Positions 39,184 to 49,605 of a stretch of DNA of 64,000 nucleotides are shown one piece after another; position 1 is the stretch's first letter, and every line of letters begins with the position of its first letter. Origin of the DNA: Ignavibacteriales bacterium. Lineage in GTDB: Bacteria > Bacteroidota > Ignavibacteria > UBA10030 > UBA6906. The translations under genes and the position numbers were made by a program. The notes under the pieces were generated by a model. The model did not search any database. It had not been told where the DNA came from and saw nothing but the letters and a program-made list of their open reading frames with translations. The stretch lies in the NCBI GenBank assembly GCA_037441705.1, contig JBBIRR010000006.1:34882-98881 (forward strand). Reading direction: 5' to 3'.

Positions 39184-39282
39184 TGACGCGTACAGAGTTC
39201 GTCCCGTTGGCGTTAGCGCTTGCTTCTGGCGGGAGTGTTGGTTATCATCTTCACAGATTGTCTCACAGTCTTCGTTAGGGAT

Positions 39283-40923
39283 ATGGCCGTCACGTACGAA
39301 GAGGAAAAAACGCGATGGGAGCGCGCACTGGTGCTGCCGACACTCGAGCGCTTCGCCGAGCGCAAGCACCGCTTCGAAACGGATTCGGGCATCTGTATCG
39401 AACGACTATATGGCCCTACCGAACGTTCGTTCGAGACCATCGGCTTCCCGGGAGAGTACCCCTTCACGCGCGGCGTGTACCCGACGATGTATCGCGGAAA
39501 GTTCTGGACGATGCGTCAGTACGCCGGCTTCGGGACGGCCGAAGAATCGAACGCGCGATATCGTTTTCTGCTGAGTCAGGGCACGACCGGCCTTTCGGTT
39601 GCCTTTGACCTCCCGACGCAAATCGGATACGATTCCGATCATCCGCTCGCAGAAGGAGAAGTGGGGAAAGTCGGCGTTGCAATTGATACGCTTGCCGATA
39701 TGGAGATTGCGTTTGACGGCATTCCGCTGGAGAAGGTGACCACCTCGATGACGATCAACGCGACCGCGGCCATTCTGCTATGCATGTACGTTGCGGTCGC
39801 GAAAAAACAGGGCGCCGACCTCAAACGCATTTCCGGTACCATTCAGAACGACATTCTGAAGGAATACATTTCGCGCGGCACCTACATCTACCCGCCCGCC
39901 CCGTCCATGCGTCTGGTGACCGACACCTTCCGATGGTGTGCATCGGAACTGCCGCGCTGGAACACGATCTCCATCAGCGGCTACCACATCCGAGAAGCGG
40001 GTGCCAACGCCGTGCAGGAGGTTGCCTTCACGATCGCTAACGGCATTGCTTACGTGCAGGCTGCTCTCGATGCGGGACTTGACGTTGATGCGTTCGGATC
40101 GCAACTGTCGTTCTTCTTTAACTCACACAATAATTTCTTTGAAGAGATAGCCAAGTTTCGCGCCGCGCGGCGCATCTGGGCGAAGGTGATGAAAGAGCGC
40201 TTTCATGCGCGCAATCCCGAAACCATGAAGCTCCGCTTTCACGCGCAGACGGGTGGCGCCACACTGACGGCCCAGCAAATCGACAATAATGTGGTGCGCG
40301 TAACGCTGCAGGCGCTCGCTGCCGTCCTGGGAGGCTGCCAGTCTCTCCACACCAACGGGCGCGACGAAGCCCTTGCCTTGCCCACCGAAGAGTCCGCGCG
40401 GCTCGCGCTCCGCACACAACAGATTATCGCCCATGAATCCGGCGTTGCGGACACGGTTGACCCCCTCGGCGGTTCGTACTTTGTGGAAGCTCTCACCGAT
40501 GCCATCGAAGCGAAGGCGTGGGAGCTGATCGGTAAGATTGACGAAATGGGCGGAGCGGTTCGTGCCATCGAACAAAAATTCATTCAAGACCAGATCAGCG
40601 AAAGCGCCTACCGCTACCAACTTGAGATTGAGAAAAAGGAGAAGATTATTGTCGGAGTCAACCAATTTACTCTCGATGAGGATGCCGGCGTTGAGATCCT
40701 TCGCGTCAACGATGCGATTGCGCAAAAGCAGATCGAGCGATTGAATGCCGTCCGCGCCGCGCGCGATGCCCGTGCAGTGCAGCATGCCCTGGATAATCTG
40801 CGCTCCCGCGCGGTCGGCTCCGAGAATCTCCTGCCGCATATCCTGCAATGCGTTGAAGCATACGCGTCGGTGGGCGAAATCTCGGACGTGTTACGCGCGG
40901 TATGGGGAGAGTATCGTGAATAA
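39283..40923 (+). CDS. methylmalonyl-CoA mutase, substrate-binding subunit (no B12 domain)
   Basis: [19 protein letters not shown] (Tyr), [30 protein letters not shown]; no DxHxxG domain. Confidence 0.92.
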   Translation: MAVTYEEEKTRWERALVLPTLERFAERKHRFETDSGICIERLYGPTERSFETIGFPGEYPFTRGVYPTMYRGKFWTMRQYAGFGTAEESNARYRFLLSQGTTGLSVAFDLPTQIGYDSDHPLAEGEVGKVGVAIDTLADMEIAFDGIPLEKVTTSMTINATAAILLCMYVAVAKKQGADLKRISGTIQNDILKEYISRGTYIYPPAPSMRLVTDTFRWCASELPRWNTISISGYHIREAGANAVQEVAFTIANGIAYVQAALDAGLDVDAFGSQLSFFFNSHNNFFEEIAKFRAARRIWAKVMKERFHARNPETMKLRFHAQTGGATLTAQQIDNNVVRVTLQALAAVLGGCQSLHTNGRDEALALPTEESARLALRTQQIIAHESGVADTVDPLGGSYFVEALTDAIEAKAWELIGKIDEMGGAVRAIEQKFIQDQISESAYRYQLEIEKKEKIIVGVNQFTLDEDAGVEILRVNDAIAQKQIERLNAVRAARDARAVQHALDNLRSRAVGSENLLPHILQCVEAYASVGEISDVLRAVWGEYRE

Positions 40924-40946
40924 CTGATTCCATGCAAGGGGGCCGT

Positions 40947-41738
40947 ATGACGCTTCCACGATCGAAAATAAAAGAACTCAAACAGCTTCTCCAGAAAAAG
41001 TATCGGGACGAACAGAAGAAATTCCTTGTCGAAGGCCTGCGCCTTGTTGCGGAGGCGGCACGGTCCGATTTCTCCATCCTCGAAGCGTTCTACACGGAAG
41101 AGGTGGAACGAGAACCTCAAGCAGGCTCCGTGATCGAAACGCTCAAGAAGAAAACACACAACATCTGGAAAGTCAGTGCCCGCGATCTCGATGCGATCAC
41201 CGACACGGTGACGCCGCAGGGGATTGTCGCTGTTCTGCGGCAGCGTGTGTACACGGCGGATGTCGTTCTCCGCTGCGCAGACGGACAGTGCATCCTTGTT
41301 GCGTTCGACGGCATTTCCGATCCGGGTAACGTGGGCTCGATGGTCAGAACCTGTGATTGGTTTGGTGTCAACGGCATTCTCATCGGTCGGAACTCGGTGG
41401 AGCTGTACAATCCCAAAGTGCTGCGCGGAACGATGGGCGGCGTCTTCCATCTGCCTATTGCCGATGGCGTTGATCTGCCTGCTGCCATTTCGCATGCAAA
41501 GGATCTCGGCTACAAGGTGTATGTGACCGACCCGCACGGCGAGACGCATTTCGATCACGTAACGTATGAAGCCAAGTCGCTCATCATCTTCGGCAACGAA
41601 GCCTGGGGCGTGTCCGATCAGGTGAAGCGTCTTGCGGACGTGCGTCTGGTGATTCGACGGTATGGCGCGGGTGAGTCGCTCAATGTCGGTGTTGCCTGCG
41701 GGATCGTGCTTTCAGCCGTTCACCGACTGTACGACTAA
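40947..41738 (+). CDS. TrmH/SpoU family RNA 2'-O-methyltransferase
   Basis: DPGNVGSMVR, FGNEAWG, ESLNV. Confidence 0.92.
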   Translation: MTLPRSKIKELKQLLQKKYRDEQKKFLVEGLRLVAEAARSDFSILEAFYTEEVEREPQAGSVIETLKKKTHNIWKVSARDLDAITDTVTPQGIVAVLRQRVYTADVVLRCADGQCILVAFDGISDPGNVGSMVRTCDWFGVNGILIGRNSVELYNPKVLRGTMGGVFHLPIADGVDLPAAISHAKDLGYKVYVTDPHGETHFDHVTYEAKSLIIFGNEAWGVSDQVKRLADVRLVIRRYGAGESLNVGVACGIVLSAVHRLYD

Positions 41739-41763
41739 CGATTGAACGGCGGCGGCAAGGGGT

Positions 41764-41793
41764 TCCGATCCTCGTCAGGGTCGGATTTTTTTT
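41764..41793 (+). terminator. intrinsic terminator
   Basis: TCCGATCCT-CGTC-AGGGTCGGA followed by T8. Confidence 0.75.
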
Positions 41794-41809
41794 GCACGAG
41801 GTGAGTTCT

Positions 41810-42541
41810 ATGCCGAGTCGAAGCCGAAAAGGGAAACATCAAATATCGCTGGCAAGGGCGCTTTCTAAACTTGGCGTGGCCTCGCGCTCGCAGGCCGTTG
41901 ACTTGATCAGAGCCGGCCGCGTGAAGGTGAACGGCGTGCCCGTTCGATCGCCCCACATCTGGCTTGATCCGAAAACAGATTCCGTGACCGTGAATGGGAC
42001 TGCAGTGCGTCCCCAGCGACCGCTGTATTTTGCATTTCATAAACCCGTCGGCGTGGTTACGACGCGCTCCGACGAGCTGGGAAGGAAAACGGTGTACGAT
42101 TTTCTTCCGAAGAACCTGCCGTGGCTCTTTCCTGTCGGGCGATTGGATCGAGATTCATCGGGCTTGCTCCTTCTGACCAATGATACACGCTTCGGCGAAC
42201 GAATCACGAACCCGACGGATGAGATTCCCAAGACCTATGAACTGACGCTGGATCGGCTTGTGAGCGAGAGAGACCTCCGCCTTCTTCAATCGCCGATGCG
42301 TCTTGGGGATGGCACGCACCTGAAGCCTGCCGCGATACAGCTTCGCGCCGCAGCGGAAACGATGTACGAAGTGACGATCACTGAAGGAAAGAACCGACAA
42401 ATCCGCAGAATGTTTCAACAGCTCGGCTACCGCGTGCTTTCGCTCAAGCGCGTCCGCATCGGGATGATCGAGTTGACAGGATTGAAAGAAGGGGAACTTC
42501 GTCCGCTGACGCCGCACGAGCGCAGCTTGTTTTCAGTATGA
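41810..42541 (+). CDS. RsuA/RluB/E/F family pseudouridine synthase
   Basis: S4 domain GVASR; KPVG; GRLDRDSSGLLLLTND; EGKNRQIRRM. Confidence 0.92.
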   Translation: MPSRSRKGKHQISLARALSKLGVASRSQAVDLIRAGRVKVNGVPVRSPHIWLDPKTDSVTVNGTAVRPQRPLYFAFHKPVGVVTTRSDELGRKTVYDFLPKNLPWLFPVGRLDRDSSGLLLLTNDTRFGERITNPTDEIPKTYELTLDRLVSERDLRLLQSPMRLGDGTHLKPAAIQLRAAAETMYEVTITEGKNRQIRRMFQQLGYRVLSLKRVRIGMIELTGLKEGELRPLTPHERSLFSV

Positions 42542-42647
42542 ATGATTCACGCACCGGGTGTTTCATGATTGGTTGCTAATATAGCGAGCTTTCCGTACCT
42601 TTTTGTGGTTTTCTGATCTGCCGCAATTTCCTATTGAGGAGAATTCC

Positions 42648-43562
42648 TTGAGCGTTCTTGTTGTTGGGTCGGTTGCCCTCGATTCGGTCGAAACGCCGTT
42701 CGGCTCGGTGAAGAATGCCCTGGGCGGCTCGGCGACGTACATCTCAGCCGCGGCAAGCTACTTTACTGCGCCCATTCGCCTCGTGGGAGTTGTCGGAGGA
42801 GATTTCTCGAAATCCAATATCCATTTTCTCGAGCAACGGGGAATCGATCTCGAGGGCCTGGAGATCATCGAGGACGGCAAAACGTTCCATTGGGCGGGGA
42901 AATACCATTACGACCTGAACAGCCGCGATACGCTGACGACGGAACTGAATGTGTTCGAGACATTCAATCCCAAGATTCCCGAACGGTATCGCAAAAGCAA
43001 GTTCGTCTGTCTTGGCAACATTGACCCCGTATTGCAGCGGCGAGTGCTGGAGCAGATTGAGCGTCCGCGTCTGGTCATTTGCGATACGATGAACTTCTGG
43101 ATCGAACGGAAGAATGCCGATCTCCGCGAAACGCTGAAGTTTATTGATGTGATCGTTCTGAACGATTCGGAAGCGCGCCTGCTTGCGAGGGAACCCAATC
43201 TGATCAAAGCCGCTCGCGTCATCCGTAACCTCGGACCGAAGATTGTCATCATCAAGAAGGGCGAGCACGGCGCGATGCTTATCACCGAGCAGACGATTTT
43301 TTCCGCTCCGGCGTATCCCATGGAGGACATTTTCGATCCTACGGGCGCCGGGGATTCCTTCGCCGGCGGATTTGTCGGTTGGTTAGGAAGAACCGACGAT
43401 CTCTCCGAGGAAAACCTGAAGAAGGCGGTGATCTACGGCAGCGCAATGGCTTCCTTCTGTGTTGAGAAGTTCAGCGTGGAAGGCCTGCGCGATCTGACGT
43501 ATCTGCAGATTCAAGATCGATATCGGGCGTTCCGCGAATTGTCCCGCTTCGACGGCGACTGA
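42648..43562 (+). CDS. PfkB/ribokinase family kinase
   Basis: SD GAGGAG + TTG; VVGSVALD, GGS, NDSEA, KKGEHG, DPTGAGDSF. Confidence 0.92.
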   Translation: MSVLVVGSVALDSVETPFGSVKNALGGSATYISAAASYFTAPIRLVGVVGGDFSKSNIHFLEQRGIDLEGLEIIEDGKTFHWAGKYHYDLNSRDTLTTELNVFETFNPKIPERYRKSKFVCLGNIDPVLQRRVLEQIERPRLVICDTMNFWIERKNADLRETLKFIDVIVLNDSEARLLAREPNLIKAARVIRNLGPKIVIIKKGEHGAMLITEQTIFSAPAYPMEDIFDPTGAGDSFAGGFVGWLGRTDDLSEENLKKAVIYGSAMASFCVEKFSVEGLRDLTYLQIQDRYRAFRELSRFDGD

Positions 43563-43589
43563 TTCCGCAACGCACAGACGGCTACGAAT

Positions 43590-44672
43590 ATGGTTTCACT
43601 TGAATGGCGCAATACTTCTCTTCGGTACATCGATCAGACCAAACTGCCCCATGAGGAGGTCTACGTGGAAACCTCCGACTATCGTGTGGTGGCCGAGGCG
43701 ATTCGGAGACTGCAAATTCGTGGGGCACCGGCTATCGGCGTTGCCGCGGCGTACGCCGTTGTCCTTGCCGTCGCCAACGCGCAGGTCGCGTCTGTGCGCG
43801 AGTTGAGTGATGAAGTGTATGCCGCGATCAATCACCTCTCGCAAACTCGCCCCACGGCGGTGAATCTGTTCACAGCTCTGGGCCGCATGCGTCGCGTCTT
43901 TGAACAGAGCAGTCGAGCAGACCTGAAAACCATCCAGCGCCATTTGCTGATGGAGGCGAAGCAGATTCATGCGGAAGATGTGGAGGCGTGCAGGAGGATC
44001 GGAGAGTTCGGCGCGGCGATTCTGCCGAACGGTGTCAGCATTCTTACCCATTGCAACACCGGCGCTCTGGCGACCACCGGAACGGGTACCGCGCAGAGCG
44101 TGATCACCACTGCTGCGAAGCAAGGGAAAGTGACACGGGTTTTTGCCGATGAAACACGGCCGCTCTTTCAGGGCGCGCGGCTGACCACCTGGGAATTGAT
44201 GCAGGCCGGCGTGGATGTGACCTTGATTACCGATAGCACCGCAGGGTTTCTGATGCACAACCGCGAAGTGGATGTGGTCATTGTCGGCGCGGACCGGATT
44301 GCCGCAAACGGCGATACCGCGAACAAAGTCGGAACGTACACGCTTGCCGTGCTGGCGGAGCGGCATGGCATTCCGTTTTATGTTGCCGCGCCGACCACAA
44401 CATTCGACCTCCAGGCGCGAAGCGGGCGCAACATTCCCATCGAAGAACGCGACCCATCCGACGTGACCGATGTGAACGGCATGCGCATCGCTCCGGAGGG
44501 GGTGAAGGTGCTTGCACCGGCGTTCGACGTGACCCCCGGCGAGTTGATTCACGCCATCATCACGGACCGCGGCGTGCTCAAACCGCCGTTCACGCAATCG
44601 ATAGCGGCGATGCAAAGGGGGGAGCGTCTGCAGCCGGGCGCGGCACGAGACTTGGGGCAGCAGCTACGATGA
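43590..44672 (+). CDS. mtnA: S-methyl-5-thioribose-1-phosphate isomerase
   Basis: DQTKLP, IRGAPAIG, RPTAVNL, THCNTG.LAT, ETRP..QG.RLT, GADRI, NKVGT, FDVTP. Confidence 0.95.
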   Translation: MVSLEWRNTSLRYIDQTKLPHEEVYVETSDYRVVAEAIRRLQIRGAPAIGVAAAYAVVLAVANAQVASVRELSDEVYAAINHLSQTRPTAVNLFTALGRMRRVFEQSSRADLKTIQRHLLMEAKQIHAEDVEACRRIGEFGAAILPNGVSILTHCNTGALATTGTGTAQSVITTAAKQGKVTRVFADETRPLFQGARLTTWELMQAGVDVTLITDSTAGFLMHNREVDVVIVGADRIAANGDTANKVGTYTLAVLAERHGIPFYVAAPTTTFDLQARSGRNIPIEERDPSDVTDVNGMRIAPEGVKVLAPAFDVTPGELIHAIITDRGVLKPPFTQSIAAMQRGERLQPGAARDLGQQLR

Positions 44673-45424
44673 TCGTCAAGACTGAGGCCATAGTGCTCTC
44701 GACGATGAAGTTTCGGGAGACGAGCAAGATTGCTCGGCTGTACACGCGCGAGTTCGGCAGGGTGTCCGTTCTTGCCAAGGGGGCTCGTGCTGCGAAAAGC
44801 CCGTTCCGGTCTGCGCTCGAACCGATGAACCACGTCGCGGCTGTCATCTACAAAAAAGACAACCGCGAGTTGCAGCTCCTCTCGCAGTGCGACGTTCTGA
44901 CGTCGTTCAAGCATCTTTCCGAAGAGATGGAAAAGCTGCAGACCGCGCTGGCGGCGCTTGAGTTGGTAAACGTGGTGACTCACGAAGAAGAGCGGAACGA
45001 GGAGTTGTTTGAGCTTCTCCTTTCATTCCTCACGGCGGTGAATGATGCAACAAAAAATCTCAAAGTTGCGTTATACTACTTTGAAATGAGGTTAACGGGT
45101 CTGCTGGGATTTCAAGCGGAGCTGGATGTGTGTTCGCAGTGCGGCAGAAGTGCAGAAGAATTGAATGGAGATGCGTATAAGTTCGGACAGAGCGGGATTC
45201 TCTGCCGGAGGTGCGGTGTGAACGCCACCACTACACTGTTTCCATCATCGCTTTCGTTCCTGCGTGCCTTGCGCAGGTTTTCGACAGTCCAGGCCGCCAT
45301 GAATCTTCACCCCGCTCCTTCCGTGCAGGAACAGGTGGGACGCATCCTTCGCCGTCATCTGCAAACACACATCGAGGGATTTCACGGACTGCGATCCGAG
45401 GAGGTATTCGCTGCGATCACGTAG
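44669..45424 (+). CDS. recO: DNA repair protein RecO
   Basis: TEAIVL, ETSKIA.LYT.EFG, AKGAR, zinc-finger CxxC...CxxC. Confidence 0.92.
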   Translation: MIVKTEAIVLSTMKFRETSKIARLYTREFGRVSVLAKGARAAKSPFRSALEPMNHVAAVIYKKDNRELQLLSQCDVLTSFKHLSEEMEKLQTALAALELVNVVTHEEERNEELFELLLSFLTAVNDATKNLKVALYYFEMRLTGLLGFQAELDVCSQCGRSAEELNGDAYKFGQSGILCRRCGVNATTTLFPSSLSFLRALRRFSTVQAAMNLHPAPSVQEQVGRILRRHLQTHIEGFHGLRSEEVFAAIT

Positions 45425-45487
45425 GAACCGAAAAGAGAAACGAACTGTTCATTGCATCAGTAAGTACTATTGGTGGGAGTCGTAACC

Positions 45488-47014
45488 ATGTCAAAGAAAT
45501 CCATTTTTGTTGCGTTATTTCTGATCACGATCGGTATCGTGCTTGGCGCGCTCATCGTATCGAACGTGCCGCAGGGGGTCGGCTTGGGCCTCGCCGGCGG
45601 TCGGGATAACATCAAGCTGGGTGCTTCCGCGCCGCCCATCTCGGGCGGCGATCTGAAGCTGGCGCCCAACACATTCGTTCAGGTTGCAAAAGCGGTAACC
45701 CCGACGGTCGTTTCCATCACCGTCACGTCGTCCAGCAAGAAGGGGGATCGCAACTTTCCTGACTTCTTCCATTTCTTCGGACCGGAGTTTCAACCGCGCC
45801 AGCCGGAAAAATCTCAGGGGGCCGGCTCGGGGGTGATCGTCACGCCCAACGGATACATCGTCACCAACAATCATGTGGTGGAAGGAGCCGATGAAGACGG
45901 CATCGAGGTCCGCATGGAGAATCAGAAGCTGCGCTACAAGGCCAAGCTCATCGGCACGGATCCAACGACCGACCTTGCCGTCATCAAGATCGATCAGGAT
46001 AATCTTCCGGTTGCCGCGCTTGGCAACTCCGATGACGTGCAAGTCGGCGAGTGGGTGCTCGCCATCGGAAATCCGCTCGGGCTTACTTCGACCGTGACTG
46101 CGGGCATCATCAGTGCCATCGGCCGGAACATCAACATTATCAGCGACCGGTACGGCATCGAGAACTTTATTCAGACCGACGCGGCTATCAACCCCGGCAA
46201 CAGCGGCGGCCCGCTCGTGAACATGAAGGGCGAGGTCATCGGCATCAACACGGCAATCGCCACGACGAATATGCGCTATCAGGGCTATGGTTTCGCCGTC
46301 CCGATCAACATCGTCAAGACGGTGGCGATGGACCTGATCGAGAATGGAAGGGTCCGCCGCGGCTACATCGGCGTTACGATCCGCAGCATTGACCAAACCA
46401 TGGCCAAAGCGATTGGGCTTGATAAACCCCAGGGAGTTCTCGTCAACGAGCTGATGAAAGGCGGTGCCGGAGAGGCAGCCGGTCTGAAAGCAGGCGACGT
46501 GATCCTCTCGATTGATGGCAAAGAAGTCAACGAGCCGAATGAGCTGCAAAGCTATATCGCAACCAAACACGCGGGCGACGTTGTTAACCTCAAGATCTTC
46601 CGCAACGGAAGTACGTTCGAGAAGAAAGTGACGCTGCGTCCGCGCGAAGAAGATGCAGCAACTGTTAAGGCGGCTGAAAAGAAAGAAAGCGAGCGTGAAC
46701 GGGAGCCGTCGCCGTCTCTGGTGAAATTCGACAATCTCGGGATGGCGGTTCGCTCACTGCGACCGGAGGAAAAGAAAGCCGATGAAGTGGAGAACGGCGT
46801 CGTCGTCACCGAGCTGACGCCCTACAGCGAGGCGTTCAATCAGGGCATCAGCGAGAACGATGTGATTCTTGAGGCCGATCGAAAGCCCGTGAACAGTCCG
46901 GCCGACCTGAAGCGCCTTGTTGACTCCAAGAAACCCGGCGATGCGCTGCTGCTGCGTGTGAAGAAGCCGCAGGGCGCGATTATCTACGTCGCCGTGCAGG
47001 TGCCCAAATCCTGA
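45488..47014 (+). CDS. Do/HtrA family serine protease with two PDZ domains
   Basis: GSGVI, TNNHVV, DLAV, QTDAAINPGNSGG. Confidence 0.95.
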   Translation: MSKKSIFVALFLITIGIVLGALIVSNVPQGVGLGLAGGRDNIKLGASAPPISGGDLKLAPNTFVQVAKAVTPTVVSITVTSSSKKGDRNFPDFFHFFGPEFQPRQPEKSQGAGSGVIVTPNGYIVTNNHVVEGADEDGIEVRMENQKLRYKAKLIGTDPTTDLAVIKIDQDNLPVAALGNSDDVQVGEWVLAIGNPLGLTSTVTAGIISAIGRNINIISDRYGIENFIQTDAAINPGNSGGPLVNMKGEVIGINTAIATTNMRYQGYGFAVPINIVKTVAMDLIENGRVRRGYIGVTIRSIDQTMAKAIGLDKPQGVLVNELMKGGAGEAAGLKAGDVILSIDGKEVNEPNELQSYIATKHAGDVVNLKIFRNGSTFEKKVTLRPREEDAATVKAAEKKESEREREPSPSLVKFDNLGMAVRSLRPEEKKADEVENGVVVTELTPYSEAFNQGISENDVILEADRKPVNSPADLKRLVDSKKPGDALLLRVKKPQGAIIYVAVQVPKS

Positions 47015-47031
47015 ACGCAAGCATTCCCTGG

Positions 47032-47058
47032 AAAGCCCCGGCCCATGTCGGGGCTTTT
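47032..47058 (+). terminator. intrinsic terminator after the HtrA gene
   Basis: AAAGCCCCGGC-CCAT-GTCGGGGCTTTT. Confidence 0.8.
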
Positions 47059-47114
47059 GCGTTTTCTCCGAACTCCCACCCGTCGGCTCGCTGTGCGTCT
47101 CCACTTCATGTATC

Positions 47115-47143
47115 TTGACAATCCTTCCCTTTAGTGATATATT
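47115..47143 (+). promoter_or_regulatory. near-consensus sigma70 promoter upstream of the HNH gene
   Basis: TTGACA-17-TATATT with TG just upstream of the -10. Confidence 0.75.
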
Positions 47144-47242
47144 TTTTCGAGCATAATTCACGGCGATCCATCAACCAATGCTGACAGCAAGGAGGTAAGA
47201 AACTTCAGCGCGTATGCTGTACACCGTTCGGCTCCGGGGAAG

Positions 47243-47746
47243 ATGAATGCCAAGGTGCTGATTCTGAATCAAAACTACGAGCCGATGAGTGTGATAAATG
47301 TGAAGAAGGCGATCATTCTGCTTTACCTTGGCAAGGCGGAATTGATTGAAGCGTACGACGGCAGAGTCGTTCGGTCGGTTTCGACCACGATGCCGTTTCC
47401 GAGCATCGTGAAGCTTTCGATGTATGTGAAGGTTCCGTACAAGCGGATCATCCTCTCGCGCAAGAACATTCTGCGCCGTGACGGTCACCGTTGCCAGTAT
47501 TGCGGTCGCGGTGATCTGACGCTGACGATCGACCACGTGGTGCCCGTCTCGCGGGGCGGAGAAGACACGTGGGAGAATCTCGTCTGCGCATGCGTTCGGT
47601 GCAACAACAGGAAGGGCGACCGTACGCCGGAGGAAGCGGGCATGCCGCTGCTGCGCAGGCCGATGCGACCAAATCACGTCTCGTTCATCAGCCACTTTGT
47701 CGGACGGATGGACGAGCGATGGAAGCCGTACCTGTTTCTCCATTAA
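47243..47746 (+). CDS. HNH endonuclease (McrA-like stand-alone family)
   Basis: VLILNQNYEP, RRDGHRCQYCG, TIDHVVP.SRGG..TWENLV.AC..CN..KG. Confidence 0.92.
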   Translation: MNAKVLILNQNYEPMSVINVKKAIILLYLGKAELIEAYDGRVVRSVSTTMPFPSIVKLSMYVKVPYKRIILSRKNILRRDGHRCQYCGRGDLTLTIDHVVPVSRGGEDTWENLVCACVRCNNRKGDRTPEEAGMPLLRRPMRPNHVSFISHFVGRMDERWKPYLFLH

Positions 47747-47748
47747 GC

Positions 47749-47778
47749 AACCCGTCCCATAGCGACGGGTTCTTTGTT
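47749..47778 (+). terminator. probable intrinsic terminator after the HNH gene
   Basis: AACCCGTC-CCATAGC-GACGGGTT-CTTTGTT. Confidence 0.6.
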
Positions 47779-47847
47779 CGCAGGCGGATAGCCTCCCCGG
47801 CGTCCATCGGCGAACAGCGACAGAGTGAGATTGAAGAAAGGTTTTCT

Positions 47848-48834
47848 TTGACAGCACAAAAAAGGATTCTGAGCGGCATGCGACCGACGGGCAAACTCCA
47901 TCTCGGTCATCTCGTCGGCGCGTTGGAAAACTGGGTTGCCCTCCAACACGAATTCCAAAACTACCATCTCATTGCAGACTATCATGCCCTGACAACCAAT
48001 CCCGATTCACGGGAATTGTATCGGAACTCGATCGAGATGCTGATTGATTGGTTGGCGGCAGGGCTTGATCCGGCACGAAGTCCCATGTTCCGTCAGTCGC
48101 AAATCAAGGAACATGCCGAGCTTCATCTGATTTTCTCGATGCTGATTACCCAGGCGAGGTTGGAACGCAACCCCGCCGTGAAAGAGCAAGTGCGCGACCT
48201 GAACATCGAAAGCATCAGCTACGGACACCTGGGCTATCCCGTCTTGCAGGCGGCGGATATTCTTTTATACAAAGGTGACTATGTGCCGGTCGGTGAGGAT
48301 CAGGTTCCGCATGTCGAGATTACGCGTGAGATCGCGCGGCGTTTCAACACCCAATACGGGAAGGTGTTTCCCGAGCCTGAGCCGAAGCTGACAAAATTCG
48401 CGCGGCTGCCGGGCCTCGACGGCATCGACAGGAAGATGAGCAAGTCCGCAGGCAATACGATCCTTCTGTCCGATCCGCCCGAGGAGATTCAGCGAAAGAT
48501 GCGCACTGCCGTCACCGACCCGCTGAAAGTACGGAAGAACGATCCCGGGCGTCCGGAGATTTGCCTGGTGTACACTTACCATCAGAAGTTTAATCCGTTG
48601 GAGGCGCCGCAGATTGCCGCCGACTGCCGGAGCGGCGCGCTGGGATGCGTGGAGTGCAAGAATCGCGTGGCCGCCCGGATCGCCGACGCCCTTGCCCCGA
48701 TGCGAGAACGGCGAGCATACTATGAAGCGCATCCCGACAAGGTCAAAGCAATTCTCGCCGATGGCGAATCGAAGGCACGCGCTGTGGCGCAAGCAACCAT
48801 GGCGGAAGTCAGGACGGCAATGAACCTTGGCTAA
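47848..48834 (+). CDS. trpS: tryptophan--tRNA ligase
   Basis: SGMRPTGKLHLGH, YPVLQAADI, PVGEDQ, KMSKS; TTG start inferred. Confidence 0.96.
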   Translation: MTAQKRILSGMRPTGKLHLGHLVGALENWVALQHEFQNYHLIADYHALTTNPDSRELYRNSIEMLIDWLAAGLDPARSPMFRQSQIKEHAELHLIFSMLITQARLERNPAVKEQVRDLNIESISYGHLGYPVLQAADILLYKGDYVPVGEDQVPHVEITREIARRFNTQYGKVFPEPEPKLTKFARLPGLDGIDRKMSKSAGNTILLSDPPEEIQRKMRTAVTDPLKVRKNDPGRPEICLVYTYHQKFNPLEAPQIAADCRSGALGCVECKNRVAARIADALAPMRERRAYYEAHPDKVKAILADGESKARAVAQATMAEVRTAMNLG

Positions 48835-48855
48835 CCCGCCTGTGCAGGACAAGGC

Positions 48856-49605
48856 ATGAGCACCTATCGCGTCAAACTTCAGGACTTTGAAGGCCCGCTC
48901 GATCTTCTTCTCTTCTTCATCAAACGGGATGAGTTAGATATCTACGATATTCCCATCTCCAAAATCACAAACGATTTTCTCGAATACCTGCATCTGATGG
49001 CGACGCTGGACCTTGACGTGGCGGGAGAGTTCATCGTGATGGCGGCAACGCTGATGCAGATCAAGGTGCGCATGCTGCTGCCGCGTGAGATCGGGCCGGA
49101 CGGTGAGGAGGAAGACCCGCGTGCCGAGCTGGTCCGCCGTCTGATCGAGTACAAACGCTACAAGGAAATGTCACAGGAATTTTCCCGGCTGGAGGAGGAG
49201 CAGCGCAAGGTGTACTATCGCGGCTTCTTTTCTGCCGATCCTGTTCGCGTAGACGAAGAGCAGGAAGATGTGCTGAAGGACGTCACGCTGTTCAATCTGA
49301 TCGCCGCGTTCAAGAGGGCGATGGACAACCTCCCGAAGAAGGTGGTGCATGAAGTCCAGCTGTACAACGTGACGATCGAAGAGCAAATGAGTTTTACGCT
49401 GGATTATCTGCGTCTCCACAAGCAAGCCTCGTTGCTTGATCTCGTCGGACATATGACGGAGAAGACGCGGATCATCGTTACCGTAATTGCGTTGCTGGAG
49501 ATGACAAAGAACAAGGTCATTACACTCCTTCCGGCCGAAGAACGGGACGACGTGATCATTCGTCCGGTTGCACCGCTGCACGACGCAACACTGGAGCCGG
49601 CATGA
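48856..49605 (+). CDS. scpA: segregation/condensation protein A
   Basis: FEGPLDLLL, DIYDIPI, MAATL, DPRAELV.RL.EY. Confidence 0.94.
   Translation: MSTYRVKLQDFEGPLDLLLFFIKRDELDIYDIPISKITNDFLEYLHLMATLDLDVAGEFIVMAATLMQIKVRMLLPREIGPDGEEEDPRAELVRRLIEYKRYKEMSQEFSRLEEEQRKVYYRGFFSADPVRVDEEQEDVLKDVTLFNLIAAFKRAMDNLPKKVVHEVQLYNVTIEEQMSFTLDYLRLHKQASLLDLVGHMTEKTRIIVTVIALLEMTKNKVITLLPAEERDDVIIRPVAPLHDATLEPA

Noticed and set aside
39283-40923. Mutase as a truncated pseudogene or an isobutyryl/hydroxyisobutyryl-CoA mutase
   Set aside because: Split mutases with a separate B12 subunit are common, and the specificity residues (RQY Tyr, SRG Arg) match methylmalonyl-CoA mutase
47243-47746. HNH as a homing endonuclease or restriction system
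   Set aside because: No intron, intein or methyltransferase; matches a widespread stand-alone HNH family
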